64,000 nucleotides of DNA, from NCBI GenBank assembly GCA_007375725.1, contig VMEV01000003.1:50-64049 (forward strand), written 5' to 3'. The position numbers were made by a program, and so were the translations under genes. Positions 48,001 to 57,296 of the stretch are shown in pieces (position 1 is the first letter of the stretch; each line of letters opens with the position of its first letter). The notes beneath the pieces are model-generated. The model did not search any database and had not been told where the DNA came from. It saw only the letters and a program-made list of their open reading frames with translations. The DNA is from Parcubacteria group bacterium Greene0416_36. GTDB lineage: Bacteria > Patescibacteriota > Patescibacteriia > VMEV01.

Positions 48001-51000
48001 ATGTCAGATGATTCTTTGTTTATTTCTCCGGATGAAAATTTCTCCTCGATTCTGGTCAAAGAGTGTAATGCCGGAGACAGGCTGGATCCAGCCGGCTGCC
48101 GTTTGTTGGAGGGCGAGCTTTCTTTGATTAATTCCGGATTATCGGGAGAAGGTTTTATATTTGTCGGGGGTTCGGCAGATTCACCTCGGTCTCTCCGAAT
48201 CAATACTTGGTATCAGGTACTCATTCGTGGAGGAGACCATCCCCTAGCCGTGCGCGCGTCTCCTGAATTGGGTGGCCTCGCCATGAGAGAGGATTATATT
48301 TGGTCTTTTAAGACAAAAGAAAGTTGTACCGCTTCCAAGGTTTTGGTTTTACCGGGAGCGAAAACATTTACAGATCCTTCTCTAATCCAGAATTTTACTT
48401 CAGAGGCCGTAGCCGCGAACTGCAATATGATTACGGTTCCAGCATCGGACTGGAAATGGAGTACCCAAAAAAATGACGGGCCCTTTATTTCCATTTTCGA
48501 TGTACTGGATGATCATTCCGAGATTATTGGGGATGCCCAATCCGCCATGCCCGCGCCATTTGGACTTCTGACCCCAGCCAATGACCCCGCCCAGCTCACC
48601 GCCCAATTGTGCCGAGGGGGGAATGCGTGCTCAGCGGGGCTCCAAGACAGCGCGGATGTCTCGGTTTTATTCGATACGAGCTCACCCAATCCTCGGGTGA
48701 TTATCGATCCTTCGTGTTCCATTAATACCCAGAGCCCGTCTCCTTTTATGAGTAGTACCGGGGCTTGTGCTAATGCTTTGATATCTGCCCGATTCAATAA
48801 AGACATGAATGATGACCGATTATTGGATCCGAGCCAGGTACAGCTCCGCAAGTGTGGAGATGGAGACAAATTTGATTCTGGGGACTGCGATGATGTTCTT
48901 TCCGGTATCGATAGCAATGGAGATAGCAAAGCCGATGCCTTGAGTAAAGTGGGAGCGGATAATGCCGCGGGCGAAGGATTTTTATTTGTCCCATCGGCCG
49001 AAAAATTAGAGCCAGATACTTGGTATGAGGCGCGTATTGCCGGAGGCGATGGCGGCATGATTAGCGAGGACGGGTTTCCCATGAAAGAGGATTTCGTCTG
49101 GCACTGGAAGACCCGCAATAGCACCGCTCTTTGCGATATCTCAAGGGTTTTGGTGACTCCTCCTTCGGCTTTGGCGACTTTTAAAGGGGCCAAGACTCGA
49201 TACAGTGCGGTTCCCTTAGCTGCTAATTGCAATATTCTCCGTGGAAATTATTTGTGGAAATGGGATACAACGAATCCTCTGAATGATTTGCGTGTCGAAC
49301 TTTCCAATCCTCTAGGGGCGGATCTTCCCGATCCTATTCTCAGCACCGAACAGGTAGCAAATGCTTCTTTTGAAGACCTAGATCTTTCAGGATGGATCCG
49401 GTCGGCCCCAGCCTCGGCGGATTCAATCATCTTTAAGCGCGTTCCATCTCCAGGATTGCTCCGTGAAAATGCTCTCCGCATCGATAAGATTGGAGGCAAA
49501 GCGGATTCATTGTCCGAGGGCGTGGCACTAGATCCGGGAGTCCACTATCGACTGCGTGTCCATTTCAAAACTGATGCAGGCACGTCTTTGCCCCTTGTAT
49601 TGGATGAATCGGGCAGCGGATCCATTATTTTGGCTCTCGATTTGAATTCTGCTTCTTTTGTCGAACATTTTGAGGATTTTAAGGTTCCCGATTTCGCCAA
49701 ATCTCCTCGGATCCGCTTTTCTGCAGCCGCGGGACAGGTTTTGGGCGCTTTTGTCAACGAGATTTCCATCCGCGAGGTAATCGAATCTGGAGGAGCCATT
49801 ATTGCCGAGGCTCGTAGCCAAACCTTGGTCGAAAATCCCATTCATATTCGCGCGGCCATTTTGCCGAGCCTCAAATCTGATACTGGAGACCTGTATATTG
49901 TATTCAATAAGCCCAGAGTGGTGGAGCAATATCCGATTTGTCAGTCGGCGTGTCTGAATGCTGCTTTGGGGGGGCGCTTCAATTCAGCGATGGATTTGGA
50001 TTCTTTGGAAGACAATATGGAACTTTGGTCCTGTGAGAATGCAGTCTGTGCTTCGGGATCAGCGAAAAATATTTCTATCGCCGGAAGCAATGCCGATATA
50101 ACCGCCGAATTTGGAACGATTTTTAACTTGTCTCCTCTTTCGAATCGCGGTCTTTTGGAAAAAGACCGCCAATATCGCATTGTTATTCGCGGCGGAACCT
50201 CTGGAGTCAAAAGCGGGGAGGGGGTGGTGCTCGATGGATTGAACTTTGATTCTAATGGCGACGGGATCAAGGATAGTTATTCTTGGACCTTTAAAACTTC
50301 CACCAATCTTTGCGTGGTTGCTTCGGTGGGTGTATTGCCTTTATTCAAGGAGAAATTCTTGATCGGCGTGGATCAGGATTATGTGGCTATGCCCGCGGGA
50401 ACGGGGGACTCCTGCAATCCTAATGGCCAGAAAATTAATCCTCTGACCGTAGATTGGAGATGGTTGTCTTCGGTCAATACCGTTGCTTCTATTTCGCAGG
50501 GCGATCTCGAGCCTGCCGAACTTTTGGACAATCGCATCGATCCTTTTCAGACCGCCACGACCGAGGGCCCGGGCGAAACGGAAATCATCGCTTCCAATGA
50601 GCCCCCCACCGCGGAAGGCAAGGCTAAGCTGAAGGTGACTTGCGGACTTAAAAATGATACGGACTGCAAGGACTCCGATATCGAAACTTCTATATTTGAG
50701 TGGGGAATCAATCGTGGGAGCGGGTGTTGCTTTGCTAGGCCGCGGGTAATTGTTCCTCTGGGCGCTTTTGACGACGAATCGGTTCCGGACAATGCGCTTC
50801 CACTATTGGGGGCTGCGTTTCCAAAGCCGGGAATCAATGCCGGGTTTAGCGGCGATCTGCTCCATCCAAATCCAGCCGCCCTGCCTTTGGTCTGCCGCAA
50901 CGCTTTGATTGCCGCCCAGTTCAGTGAAAGGATGAATTTGGCGGATCTTACAAGTAATAATATTATTGTCCAGATCAATAATAGCAATAAGCCTTGCGGC

Positions 51001-52224
51001 GCCGTGGTTGGCCGTTCTTTGTTAGAAAGAATCAAAGATACGCTCCTGTCTTTGGGCGGATCAACCACCCGCGCGGAGGACACTTTTTGCACGGTCGATG
51101 GCCGTCTGTTCGTGTCCAATCAAGGGACCCATGGCATGTTCAGATGGAAGCCGGACGAATTGATGCAAGGGGGTTCGGTATATCGGGTGACGATTAAGGG
51201 GGGGCGTTTTGATGAATCTCGAAGAAATATTAGGGGAGGCATAAAAGGAGCGGCGGGCGTGAGTTTGGCCGGAGATTTTGTCTGGGAATTTAAGGTTAAG
51301 GATGAAATCTGCGAGATTCGGTCCGTGGATGTGGAAGTGTCGAGATTCAATGGGGATCCCTCTTTTGCTGGCTTTGATTTCTTTCGATGTGGTCTCCGAG
51401 ATGATTGTTTGGATGATTTATATTCGGAGAGATCGGGATTGCCGGTGCCGGAAAATCAGCACAAATATACTCCTTATGCTTATGACAAGGACCGCCAATT
51501 GATTGATGCCAATTTTTCGTGGGTGAATTCTAATGGAACCGTACTTTCTATTTGTTCCGAAGGTTCTTCTTGTCCGGTGGATTTGAATGCCTCGGGGGTG
51601 GATGGGCGTTTGGCCAAGGATGATTTAGCGGGCGGAGCCGCTATTTCAACCATTTCTAAGAATGGCCATGCTCTCGTTACTGTATTGGCCCAGGGTCCAG
51701 AAGGCGTGGGCGGCTCCGCTTCCAAGACGATTCGTATCGACTCTTTCATGTGCCAGAACCCTTGGCCGTCGTCCAAAACCTTTCCTTTTACGGACAGCGG
51801 CGAGCTGGCAACGAATTTCAGTTTCTTCTATTGCCGGGATGCCGGAGGTCCAGGTTTGGAAGATGATCTGCCTCCGCTCTCATCTCCGGTCGTTGTCGCT
51901 CCCGGAGACACGCCCGCGGATGTGATCAAAGACTCCAATTGTCCAGGTGTTTCATCCTTTGTTTGCGGCGACGACGGAAAGACTTATAATAATGAATGTG
52001 TCGCTAAGTCCAAGAATGTTTCTATTTTACGCAAGGGCCGTTGCGACATAGGACTCATCAAAGAATTGCTCTTCTTTGTGGATGTTCCCGATAATGTGGT
52101 GCGGAATCTAGAATGTAAGGGAGCCGTGGAATATCTCTGCGGAGCCGATAATAAAACGTATTACAATCGATGCGTTGCCGATAAAGCAGGCATCGCGATT
52201 GCCCGAATAGGCAAGTGTAAATAA
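45022..52224 (+). CDS. Giant surface protein 2 (2400 aa): VirB2-like N-terminal anchor paralogous to protein 1, Gly-rich linker, four IPT/TIG-like domains, Cys-rich EGF-like region, four Ig-like repeat modules, tandem C-terminal Kazal-type inhibitor domains
   Basis: Translation: LRVIIARIIRAILGFLGVLALGITLYGGFVYMTARGDAERVETAKKILRNG; IPT/TIG-like repeats at nt ~46419-47565 (PEISEVFPSDGASGTFVTVYGQGFG...); Cys-rich 47566-47880; Kazal C-x7-CGxDGKTYxNxC at 51940-52044 and 52114-52218. Confidence 0.8.
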   Translation: MFKLSTFPCLLLGIIMAASFFVPRSFNPEIALAASPDLGLAPLEDSGLATDTDLRVIIARIIRAILGFLGVLALGITLYGGFVYMTARGDAERVETAKKILRNGVIGLVIIMGAYTIASFVIRSLTSATGVGGGSGAGGRGGIGGFGAGGSDIFTVDNITPKGDIPIKNVVVRIVFNASIEPGSIRDRISVLDLSSGEEVSGHYDVAGNIVEFTPSQACTEDPKRFCFLGDTEFDVRVIEGIVASEVRKTQKNAYRTDGIDPEGEESPEAAFGSGAITLACRAFAISDNCTARFKTGNLVDSLGPDTRIINPAEGQGVPGGEEGASVDVLFGIEDNSGISYSQLWTAKKGEGFSEEGLFSPLDEISPRSVEDALILWNTENLEKGSIYNLKIASFDIDTNSKESEIMSVIVRPLHCFDEELDKDLGEVVAGPPACGGDCGQCGGGVCVTSLDCAQGACLAGKCVSLPEISEVFPSDGASGTFVTVYGQGFGDALGKVSFLGGAGPTDDVAASLPGGQCGNTWHDDFVIVEVPSAAKTGPISLSTSHALMDTTADSRGIQMDFTVNNNRRPSICLVDPEVGEPFSDIRVVGKNFGPTAGTGANKSTVKFGNISAPSAVWGPESITNIKIPLLRGGETFVSVDTVASQSNRVPFMVKESETLPRIEKIIPSSGPVSQYITLSGVNFGSAAGSVEFIGSDGKTTLADIEFPKECKSNYWHPESVVVKVPPVFLQDASGEILYRVILKTSGGAQSNFVDFDVNTRERTPGLCAISPDNGPAGLEATAIGEGFGAFVAGDSSVRFSAAGTGAAAGIASWDVKSVVVSVPPAAQSGDVILIDSTGTQSNGVLFTVGVCQADTCQEGLVCCGNGACSAQCDEPVPFCAYKWSFSTGKVEGWPCADDGDCSCPSAPTADNPCMTCSPSGVCQASCSSDADCREGSSCQCGSGKNSACFCQSNAPFVIEDETCGENSQSPSPFISSEDACTNAKISARFSVNMSDDSLFISPDENFSSILVKECNAGDRLDPAGCRLLEGELSLINSGLSGEGFIFVGGSADSPRSLRINTWYQVLIRGGDHPLAVRASPELGGLAMREDYIWSFKTKESCTASKVLVLPGAKTFTDPSLIQNFTSEAVAANCNMITVPASDWKWSTQKNDGPFISIFDVLDDHSEIIGDAQSAMPAPFGLLTPANDPAQLTAQLCRGGNACSAGLQDSADVSVLFDTSSPNPRVIIDPSCSINTQSPSPFMSSTGACANALISARFNKDMNDDRLLDPSQVQLRKCGDGDKFDSGDCDDVLSGIDSNGDSKADALSKVGADNAAGEGFLFVPSAEKLEPDTWYEARIAGGDGGMISEDGFPMKEDFVWHWKTRNSTALCDISRVLVTPPSALATFKGAKTRYSAVPLAANCNILRGNYLWKWDTTNPLNDLRVELSNPLGADLPDPILSTEQVANASFEDLDLSGWIRSAPASADSIIFKRVPSPGLLRENALRIDKIGGKADSLSEGVALDPGVHYRLRVHFKTDAGTSLPLVLDESGSGSIILALDLNSASFVEHFEDFKVPDFAKSPRIRFSAAAGQVLGAFVNEISIREVIESGGAIIAEARSQTLVENPIHIRAAILPSLKSDTGDLYIVFNKPRVVEQYPICQSACLNAALGGRFNSAMDLDSLEDNMELWSCENAVCASGSAKNISIAGSNADITAEFGTIFNLSPLSNRGLLEKDRQYRIVIRGGTSGVKSGEGVVLDGLNFDSNGDGIKDSYSWTFKTSTNLCVVASVGVLPLFKEKFLIGVDQDYVAMPAGTGDSCNPNGQKINPLTVDWRWLSSVNTVASISQGDLEPAELLDNRIDPFQTATTEGPGETEIIASNEPPTAEGKAKLKVTCGLKNDTDCKDSDIETSIFEWGINRGSGCCFARPRVIVPLGAFDDESVPDNALPLLGAAFPKPGINAGFSGDLLHPNPAALPLVCRNALIAAQFSERMNLADLTSNNIIVQINNSNKPCGAVVGRSLLERIKDTLLSLGGSTTRAEDTFCTVDGRLFVSNQGTHGMFRWKPDELMQGGSVYRVTIKGGRFDESRRNIRGGIKGAAGVSLAGDFVWEFKVKDEICEIRSVDVEVSRFNGDPSFAGFDFFRCGLRDDCLDDLYSERSGLPVPENQHKYTPYAYDKDRQLIDANFSWVNSNGTVLSICSEGSSCPVDLNASGVDGRLAKDDLAGGAAISTISKNGHALVTVLAQGPEGVGGSASKTIRIDSFMCQNPWPSSKTFPFTDSGELATNFSFFYCRDAGGPGLEDDLPPLSSPVVVAPGDTPADVIKDSNCPGVSSFVCGDDGKTYNNECVAKSKNVSILRKGRCDIGLIKELLFFVDVPDNVVRNLECKGAVEYLCGADNKTYYNRCVADKAGIAIARIGKCK

Positions 52225-52242
52225 TCTAAAATAAAATCGTTT

Positions 52243-52725
52243 ATGTTTGACGATGTCACTAAAACCGATCGAGAAAAAAGCGAACCCGTGGATATTTTCG
52301 AGAGCGTGCTAGATGAGGTATCTAGCGCTCCCGTGCCCATGGGCCAAGATCAAGAGGGCGTTCCTATTCCTTCTTCTTCAGTTTGGGCTATGGTCAAGAT
52401 TGGGGCTGCTGTCGGAGCCCTTCTCCTCTTGGCAGGAGCCGGACTTTATTATTGGAAAATGAGCGGAGCCCAAAACTGGGGAGGCGCCGTCGAGGTAAGA
52501 GAGGCCAAAAAGATTACGCCTCCGGCTTCTCTCGAGCCGGTGGAAAAAGAAGCTCCTTTGGATCTGAAACTAGACAGCGACGGAGATGGATTATTAGATG
52601 CTGAAGAGCAAAATGTCTATAAAACCAACCCGTTTTTATCGGATACGGATCGGGATGGATATACGGATGCACAGGAAATTTCAGCCGGCTATAATCCTAT
52701 TGGGGACGGGAAATTGAATCCCTAA
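52243..52725 (+). CDS. Membrane-anchored protein with thrombospondin-type-3-like Ca-binding repeats (DSDGDGLLDAEE, DTDRDGYTDAQE)
   Basis: TM helix (VKIGAAVGALLLLAGAGLYYW), then D-x-D-x-DG-x-x-D-x-x-E repeats read from translation. Confidence 0.6.
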   Translation: MFDDVTKTDREKSEPVDIFESVLDEVSSAPVPMGQDQEGVPIPSSSVWAMVKIGAAVGALLLLAGAGLYYWKMSGAQNWGGAVEVREAKKITPPASLEPVEKEAPLDLKLDSDGDGLLDAEEQNVYKTNPFLSDTDRDGYTDAQEISAGYNPIGDGKLNP

Positions 52726-52729
52726 AAAA

Positions 52730-53779
52730 GTGAAGGGGCAGAGAATTATTTTAAATAAAACCGCGAATATGAACGGACCTGAAAAACAAGAGACAGGCAC
52801 AGTGCCTGTTTCCAAAGAGAATGAATCTTCTCCCATTTCTATGTTTGTCATGCCCGAGAAATTTGTTGGGTTAGGCAGCAAGAGGGAGGGAATGGGAGGG
52901 GGAAATAAATTGCCTCTAGCTATCGGCGGCGTTTTAGTTTTAGCTTCAGGCATTTTGTTTTTATTAAGAGATCAGTTGTTTGGGCCCGCTCCTGTTATTC
53001 CTGCTCCTAGCGTGGCCAAGCAAACTCCGGAGTCCAAGGCTCCTCTCGCCTCAGAACCTCCCAAAGAAAAAGCTCCGATTGTGGAAGAGAAGCAAGAACC
53101 TCCCAAGGAAGAGTTCCCGGCCGAGGCAGAGCTCCCTTCTTTGGCTGTGGAATATATCTCGGCCAGAGATTCGGACCAGGACGGCCTGACCGACACGGAG
53201 GAATTGATTTTTAATACTTTTCCCAACCGGCCGGACAGCGACGGGGATGGTCATGTAGACAGCGCCGAGATACTTAATTTCTATAATCCCACGGGAAACG
53301 CGCCGAGCAATCTCGCGAGTTCCGGATTGGTCTCGACTTATGAGAATAAAGATTATGAATATTTCGTTTTTTATCCAGCCAACTGGATCCGCGATATTAT
53401 TTCTTCCAAAAAAGTAATTTGGTCCACGCAGACAGAAGAGAAAATAGAAATATCCATCGAGGATAATCCGACAAAAAAGACGATTACGGAATGGTATAAG
53501 GAGAAACATCCGGAAGCGGCCGCGGATCTTATCAATACTTTTACGACCAAGAATGGATTACGGGGCGTAAAAAGCAAGAATGGTCTCTATATCTATATGA
53601 TCAAGCCAGTTGAAGCTTCTATTACGAACGAGGCCAAAGGGACTCTGGTTTATGCCCTGCGTTATCTGCCCGGGAGTAGAACCGAACTTAATTTCCGCAC
53701 CTCATTTGAACTCATGAAGGAGAGCTTTACGATTGCCGCGCCTCCCGCATTGCCTGAACCGCTCGAGCTTGCTTTATGA
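52730..53779 (+). CDS. Paralogous membrane-anchored protein with TSP3-like repeats (DSDQDGLTDTEE, DSDGDGHVDSAE) and C-terminal globular domain; GTG start (alternative ATG 52769)
   Basis: TM helix (LAIGGVLVLASGILFLL), Pro/Glu/Lys-rich linker, Ca-binding-like repeats; 4-nt ATGA overlap with ybeY. Confidence 0.55.
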   Translation: MKGQRIILNKTANMNGPEKQETGTVPVSKENESSPISMFVMPEKFVGLGSKREGMGGGNKLPLAIGGVLVLASGILFLLRDQLFGPAPVIPAPSVAKQTPESKAPLASEPPKEKAPIVEEKQEPPKEEFPAEAELPSLAVEYISARDSDQDGLTDTEELIFNTFPNRPDSDGDGHVDSAEILNFYNPTGNAPSNLASSGLVSTYENKDYEYFVFYPANWIRDIISSKKVIWSTQTEEKIEISIEDNPTKKTITEWYKEKHPEAAADLINTFTTKNGLRGVKSKNGLYIYMIKPVEASITNEAKGTLVYALRYLPGSRTELNFRTSFELMKESFTIAAPPALPEPLELAL

Positions 53780-54243
53780 TCATGATTTGGGAATACAGGC
53801 AGAATGCGGGCGAGCATTGTATCCTTGCCAAATTCATATCGGATATTTTAGGCCGAGTATCTTTCGGTTTAGGTCTGGACTGGAAGTGGAGCCAAAATGT
53901 CCAGGCGGGCAGAGGGATTTTGTCGTGTGTGATCGTAGGGGAAAGACGCATCAAAAGTCTTAATGCGGAGTGCCGCAATCAATCCAAAATAACTGATGTT
54001 CTTTCTTTTGGATCATTGGAAGAGAAAAGCGGCGAGCAATTGTGGGGCGAGATTTTTATCTGTTATAATGTGGCCGAGAGGCAGGCTAAAGAGTACGGAC
54101 ATTCCTTGGAGCGTGAGGTTGAAATTTTGTTCGTGCACGGACTCCTGCATTTATTCGGTTATGACCATCATACCGCCCGGGACCGAAGAGAGATGCAACA
54201 TATAGAGGAAAAAATAGTCGGCGGAGGACTTATTGGCAGGTAA
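53776..54243 (+). CDS. ybeY: Endoribonuclease YbeY (rRNA maturation factor)
   Basis: HGLLHLFGYDH zinc-binding motif. Confidence 0.9.
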   Translation: MIMIWEYRQNAGEHCILAKFISDILGRVSFGLGLDWKWSQNVQAGRGILSCVIVGERRIKSLNAECRNQSKITDVLSFGSLEEKSGEQLWGEIFICYNVAERQAKEYGHSLEREVEILFVHGLLHLFGYDHHTARDRREMQHIEEKIVGGGLIGR

Positions 54244-54249
54244 ATTTTT

Positions 54250-54627
54250 ATGCGTTTTTTATTTTCAATTCAAAGAGCCAGTGCAGGTTTTATGAAAGCT
54301 TTAGAGACCGAGCCCCATTTGAGAATTGAGTGCGTGGCCGGTTTTTTAGTCGTGGCTTTAGGTTTGTTTTTGCACCTGTCTCTTTTGGAGTGGATTGTGG
54401 TTTTTTTGCTGGTGGGATGGGTGATCAGCCTAGAGCTTCTCAATTCGGTTTTTGAAAGAGTTTTGGATATTTTTAAGCCCCGTTTGCATTCCGCGGTCGG
54501 GGAAGTCAAAGATTTGCTCTCCGCTATGGTCCTGTGGAGTGCCTTTATTTCGACGGTCATTGGCTTCCTGATTTTTTTCCCAAAATTACTGATATTTTTC
54601 GTTGAACATTTTATCCGAATTGGATAA
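54250..54627 (+). CDS. dgkA: Diacylglycerol/undecaprenol kinase family (DgkA-like)
   Basis: ELLNSVFERVLD...VGEVKDLLSAMVL pattern in a 3-TM small protein; ybeY-dgkA adjacency as in Firmicutes. Confidence 0.7.
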   Translation: MRFLFSIQRASAGFMKALETEPHLRIECVAGFLVVALGLFLHLSLLEWIVVFLLVGWVISLELLNSVFERVLDIFKPRLHSAVGEVKDLLSAMVLWSAFISTVIGFLIFFPKLLIFFVEHFIRIG

Positions 54628-54685
54628 AATATGAGAAGGTTTTTTATTATGCGCTTTCCGCGCATCCGCCTCATGCGGGTTAAAT

Positions 54686-55945
54686 TTGACTAATTTCATG
54701 TCTAGGGATGAGATCATCACAGGAATTGATGTGGGTTCCCGATCCGTCAGGGTTGTCGTGGGACAAAGGATTCCAGAACGCGAGAAGGGTTCGGCTCTTC
54801 AAGTAATCGGCGTGTCCGAATGTCCTTCCGAGGGCATCAGCAAGGGCGTCATCAAAAGCATCGAGGATGCGGTGAGCTCTATTTCACTGTGCCTTGAAAA
54901 AGCAGAACGCATGGCCGGCGTTCCGATCGAACATTCCTATATCAGCATTTCCGGTGCGCATGTAATCTCTCAGACATCCAAGGGGGTTATTGCCGTATCG
55001 AAGGCGGACGGGGAGATTCATGAAGAGGATGTAGACCGCGTGATCGAAGCGGCTCAGGCGGTGGCGACTCCTCCCAACTATGAAATTTTACATGTGATTC
55101 CTAAATTTTTTACCATCGACAGCCAGTCAGGGATCAAGGATCCGATCGGCATGACGGGCGTTCGCCTCGAGGTGGAGGCGCAGATTATTTTGGGGCTTTC
55201 TTCCCAGATCAAAAATCTGACTAAAGCTATTTATCGGACTGGAGTGGATATCGATGATTTGGTTTTGGGCAGTCTTGCGGGAAGTGAAAGCGTGCTGACT
55301 AAGCGTCAGAAAGAATTGGGGGTTGGACTCCTCAATATGGGAGGGGCGACGACGGCTTTGGTGGTTTTTGAAGAAGGCGAAGTTCTGCACTCTGCGGTTT
55401 TGGCCGTGGGGTCTGACCACATAACCGCGGACATTGCCATTGGTCTGCGCACTTCTTTTGACGTGGCCGAACAGATTAAGATACTTTATGGCTGTGCTCT
55501 GCCGGAAGAAATAGACAAAGATGAAAAAATTTCTCTCAAAGAATTCACCCAAGAAGACGTTAACTATTCTCGCCGTCAAATTGCTTCTATTATCGAAGCG
55601 CGCCTTGAAGAAATATATGAGATGGTGGATCGTGAACTCCGTAAAATCAATAGAAGTGGGCTTTTGCCGGCCGGCATTGTGCTCTCCGGCGGAGGGGCAA
55701 AACTTAAGGGATCGTTGGAAGTGGCCAAGCGCAAGTTTCGTCTGCCTGCGACTATTGGGTATCCAGAACTGGCTACTTCCATTGAAAAGCTCAATGATCC
55801 TGCCTATGCTGTAGCTGTGGGATTGGTTTTGTGGGGCAATCGAGTGGCGGATTCATCCGGAGGGGGCAAATCGACCTTTCGTTTTTCAGCCGTGGAGGGA
55901 GTGAAAGAGAAGATCAAGGATTGGATACGGTCTCTGATCCCTTAA
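54686..55945 (+). CDS. ftsA: Cell division protein FtsA
   Basis: Actin-like ATPase fold motifs (GIDVGSRSV, LSGGGAKLKG). Confidence 0.85.
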   Translation: MTNFMSRDEIITGIDVGSRSVRVVVGQRIPEREKGSALQVIGVSECPSEGISKGVIKSIEDAVSSISLCLEKAERMAGVPIEHSYISISGAHVISQTSKGVIAVSKADGEIHEEDVDRVIEAAQAVATPPNYEILHVIPKFFTIDSQSGIKDPIGMTGVRLEVEAQIILGLSSQIKNLTKAIYRTGVDIDDLVLGSLAGSESVLTKRQKELGVGLLNMGGATTALVVFEEGEVLHSAVLAVGSDHITADIAIGLRTSFDVAEQIKILYGCALPEEIDKDEKISLKEFTQEDVNYSRRQIASIIEARLEEIYEMVDRELRKINRSGLLPAGIVLSGGGAKLKGSLEVAKRKFRLPATIGYPELATSIEKLNDPAYAVAVGLVLWGNRVADSSGGGKSTFRFSAVEGVKEKIKDWIRSLIP

Positions 55946-55981
55946 GTCAGGCGGAGGGGGCTATTTTAAAAAAAATTTCAT

Positions 55982-57253
55982 ATGGAAATCAAACCAGAAA
56001 TGGAGTCAGTGGCAAAAATTAAAGTCATCGGGGTGGGAGGAAGCGGAGGGGCCACTATTAATAAAATGGTTCAGTATAATATACCGAGCGTGGATTTTAT
56101 TACGATGAATACGGATGCACAGGCTCTTCGATATTCCTTGGCTCCGATCAAGATGCATATCGGCAAAGCCGTGACCCGCGGACTAGGCGCAGGCATGGAT
56201 CCGGAGATGGGGCGGAAATCCGCGGAAGAGAATCAAAATGAGATACGAGAATTGCTCAAGGGCGCGGATATGGTTTTTATCACTTGCGGGCTGGGTGGGG
56301 GGACCGGAACCGGTGCGGCTCCTGTTGTGGCCGCTATTGCTAAAGAAATGGGCGCCCTCACCGTAGCCGTGGTGACTAAGCCCTTCTCCTTTGAAGGAAA
56401 TCAGCGCAGGATGGTGGCCGAGAAAGGGTATGAAAATTTAATAGGCAAGGTGGATTCGATTATCACTATACCCAATGACCGGATATTGCAAATCATCGAT
56501 AAAAAAACGACTTTACTCGATGCGTTTTCCGTCGTGGATGATGTGCTCCGCCAAGGGGTGCAGGGCATTTCGGAGCTGATTACGGTCCATGGGATGACCA
56601 ATGTGGATTTCGCGGATGTGAAATTCATCATGCAAAGCTCGGGCACTGCGATCATGGGCATCGGCATGGGAAAAGGGGAGAATCGGGCCATCGACGCGGC
56701 CAAGGCTGCCATTGAGTGTCCTCTTCTGGATGTGTCCATCACCGGAGCCACGGGCGTCCTCTTCACGGTGACCGGAGGCAAGGACTTGGGAATGTTCGAA
56801 CTCACGGACGCGGCCAAAATTATTACCGAACAAGTCGCGCCGGACGCCAGAATCATTTATGGAACCGTGATTGATGAGAAAATGACCGATGAGGTGAAGG
56901 TCACCGTGGTCGCCACCGGTTTTGGAGGAGGTGCCGCCGCTATGGCCAAGAGAGATGCTACTTCTCCCAGAGAGGTTGCATCGGATGTGAAATTTTCTGC
57001 TAATAAATATTCTACTGTCTCAGGCGCCAATCCGATTCGCCGCTTTGGTGTTTCGGAATCCGTGTCCGGCGGGAGCGAAAGAACTGGGGGGGAAGGGTCT
57101 CGATCGGAGGGCAATAAAAATGTCCAGGAAAAACATTCCTTTAAGATGGTTCGCCCCGAATCGGTCGCCAGTGTCATGGATAATGTCTCTGATGCTCCAG
57201 CCGGCGACAGCGATTTGGATATTCCGGCCTTTATCCGCAAAAAAATGGCGTGA
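55982..57253 (+). CDS. ftsZ: Cell division GTPase FtsZ
   Basis: Tubulin signature [20 protein letters not shown]. Confidence 0.95.
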   Translation: MEIKPEMESVAKIKVIGVGGSGGATINKMVQYNIPSVDFITMNTDAQALRYSLAPIKMHIGKAVTRGLGAGMDPEMGRKSAEENQNEIRELLKGADMVFITCGLGGGTGTGAAPVVAAIAKEMGALTVAVVTKPFSFEGNQRRMVAEKGYENLIGKVDSIITIPNDRILQIIDKKTTLLDAFSVVDDVLRQGVQGISELITVHGMTNVDFADVKFIMQSSGTAIMGIGMGKGENRAIDAAKAAIECPLLDVSITGATGVLFTVTGGKDLGMFELTDAAKIITEQVAPDARIIYGTVIDEKMTDEVKVTVVATGFGGGAAAMAKRDATSPREVASDVKFSANKYSTVSGANPIRRFGVSESVSGGSERTGGEGSRSEGNKNVQEKHSFKMVRPESVASVMDNVSDAPAGDSDLDIPAFIRKKMA

Positions 57254-57296
57254 TTACTCAACAATTCACATTTTTTGAAAATTTTGTTATTATTTT

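Noticed and set aside
46476-51119. Multiple 100-240-aa minus-strand ORFs inside the 2400-aa gene
   Set aside because: They are antisense to a coherent 7.2-kb ORF with recognisable domain architecture, with Pro/Ser/Ala-rich artefactual translations.
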